A DNA stretch of 64,000 bases, from NCBI GenBank assembly GCA_963693055.1, contig OY843751.1:6176001-6240000 (forward strand), in the 5' to 3' direction. This DNA is from a bacterium. GTDB lineage: Bacteria > Zhuqueibacterota > Zhuqueibacteria > Residuimicrobiales > Krinioviventaceae. Position 1 is the first letter of the stretch. Each line of letters begins with the position of its first letter. Under the pieces are notes generated by a model. The model made no database searches. It was not told where the DNA came from and worked only from the letters and a program-made list of their open reading frames with translations. A program made the translations under genes and the position numbers. This document shows positions 63,401 to 64,000 of the stretch, piece by piece.

Positions 63401-64000
63401 ACGGAACCCTGAAAAACCAGTTGGGACCCCACCATATCGGAAACACCCGGGGAAGTGCATGGCCAAGTTCTTTTGAAGCGGCACCTGAACATGAACCCGC
63501 TGGAAACGATTATAACTTTATCGATTATGGATTGTTTAAAAATTTTATAGTTATTGAAATTTCAGGCCCCCAACAGCGAGTTTATTGGCGCAATTATAAA
63601 GTTGCAAAACCTGAATTTGCATCCGTGCAATCCTTATATGTTGATTCACCTGCAACCATAAGTTTGAATTGCGCTACAGACGGAGCAGAAATTCATTACA
63701 CACTTGATGGTAGTGATCCTCAGCTTTCTTCTACTAAATATAGCAAACCCTTTATTGTTGAAAAGAGTACTGCCATAAAAGCACAGGCCTTTAAAAAAGG
63801 AAAGATTGAAAGCGATATTGCAGAACAAAGCATCAATATTGTTAGCAGTAAAAAGAATGGCGTTTCTTATAAATATTATGAAGGATTTTGGAATGACATT
63901 CCGGATTTTGAAAAACTTGCTGCAATAAAATCCGGTAAATCCTATGAAATGGATATAAGCAAACTCAAACAGAGAAACACGCAATTTGCATTTATATTCA
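60472..64000 (+). CDS. GH106-like glycoside hydrolase (alpha-L-rhamnosidase family) with C-terminal chitobiase/FN3-associated and PA14-like domains; truncated by the window edge
   Basis: Absent from the ORF track (no stop in window). My translation gives MKKPVLLYLV...FQNPPVEYSSAPLWVWN...FIHPRPGL...WLYDENSYPSGFAGG...FTDEP...SETYG...IHYTLDGSDP. Confidence 0.85.
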   Translation, partial: MKKPVLLYLVFLLFLFLLAGSVSASQTVTSFSQIESLFQNPPVEYSSAPLWVWNNDVDEKEIDLQLQEMQQGGIHSVFIHPRPGLKTPYLSDRWYQLCKYTVDKAKERDMDVWLYDENSYPSGFAGGNVPAQMPESYNQGQGLVMEQASQLSGDMGNYAFILKKEGDVFTDITTTVRNELNKNGDYYLFKKTYYGKSPWNGGYSYVDLLYPGVTEKFIDVTMTGYEKAIGKDFGKRVPGIFTDEPNISPPGGIKYTPTLFDDFEKQWGYDLKLHLPSLYQEVGDWKVVRHNYYSLLLELFTERWSKLWYEYCENHNLKWTGHYWDHDWPKPLNGSDNMAMYAWHQVPAIDLLMNQYSESVNGQFGNVRIVKELASVANQLGRTRTLSETYGAGGWDLTFEDMKRIGEWEYVLGVNFLDQHLSYITIAGARKRDHPQSFSYHEPWWKFYKSQGDYFSRLSVALSSGKQVNDILVLEPTTTSWLYFSPTQPNLQYDKLGPVFQKFVTDLEAYQVEYDLGSEYIIKNWGKVKGNEFIIGERAYKQIIIPPSFENYNKDVLDLLKTYTDNGGEVISFNGSPQYVNGKNATDLGFTQKWNYVQSLSPAVLKKLESETIQFQSPENAGGKLFHHRRILDDGQLVYLVNTDLQNWSIGSFTLQAKSLQELDPQTGSFSPYPAAQNGNNLDVSFDIPPAGSLLLYAGNTGETFTASQKKAEFRILDPVTKMDIKRLAPNTLVLDFCDLTLEGKTDKDIYFFKAADKVFRHYGFEGNPWSTSVQYKSAILDRDNFSKDTGFSAVFHFDVDKNVNTNAIKAAIERPELWTVTINGNPVKATEGECWLDRAIGVYEIGSYIKPGENQIRLAVSPMSVHAELEPIYLLGDFNLESQDKGWKLVPSQKLLLDSWKNQGIPFYSDGVEYTSTYTLDSKDKRYVVKLADWAGSVAEIQVNGNPAGLVYSPPYELDVTDFTKPGKNQISVSVYGTLKNQLGPHHIGNTRGSAWPSSFEAAPEHEPAGNDYNFIDYGLFKNFIVIEISGPQQRVYWRNYKVAKPEFASVQSLYVDSPATISLNCATDGAEIHYTLDGSDPQLSSTKYSKPFIVEKSTAIKAQAFKKGKIESDIAEQSINIVSSKKNGVSYKYYEGFWNDIPDFEKLAAIKSGKSYEMDISKLKQRNTQFAFIF

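Noticed and set aside
60497-63984. Many short ORFs suggesting a non-coding or degraded region
   Set aside because: All lie within one long plus-strand frame starting at 60472 that has no stop before the window end

Overview
A 64 kb bacterial chromosomal window with no rRNA, tRNA or CRISPR array recognised. The gene content (FlgD/'QNYPNPFNP'-type C-terminal sorting domain, DUF1080 proteins, Tat sulfatases, SSS transporters, TonB receptor) suggests a Gram-negative polysaccharide degrader of the FCB-related group such as KSB1 or Calditrichota; this taxonomy is inference only. The backbone is carbohydrate utilisation: two sulfatases, two DUF1080 proteins, two Na+/solute symporters, GH92, GH78, GH2 and a GH106-like gene that runs off the right edge and is missing from the ORF track. 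It also carries anmK, a hisN-like gene, a tryptophanase-family lyase and a pirin/nitroreductase pair. Accessory content includes three ISs with visible IRs and target duplications (IS5, IS256, IS3), a frameshifted REP-associated tyrosine transposase (RAYT) with two-hairpin REPs, a second dispersed ~31 bp palindrome family (at least 6 copies), a VapBC pair, an IR-flanked GxxExxY gene and a GmrSD-like defence island. The strongest candidate for an undescribed system is a ZraPSR-like locus (13.4-19.0 kb). There, a consensus sigma54 promoter and a nested palindromic enhancer lie upstream of a secreted four-fold DxDGDG (putative Ca-binding) repeat protein and a predicted outer-membrane beta-barrel, divergent from an NtrB/NtrC-type pair. 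Other candidates are an ECF-FecR-TonB receptor module sharing a promoter motif with a radical SAM gene, and palindrome-bracketed accessory modules.
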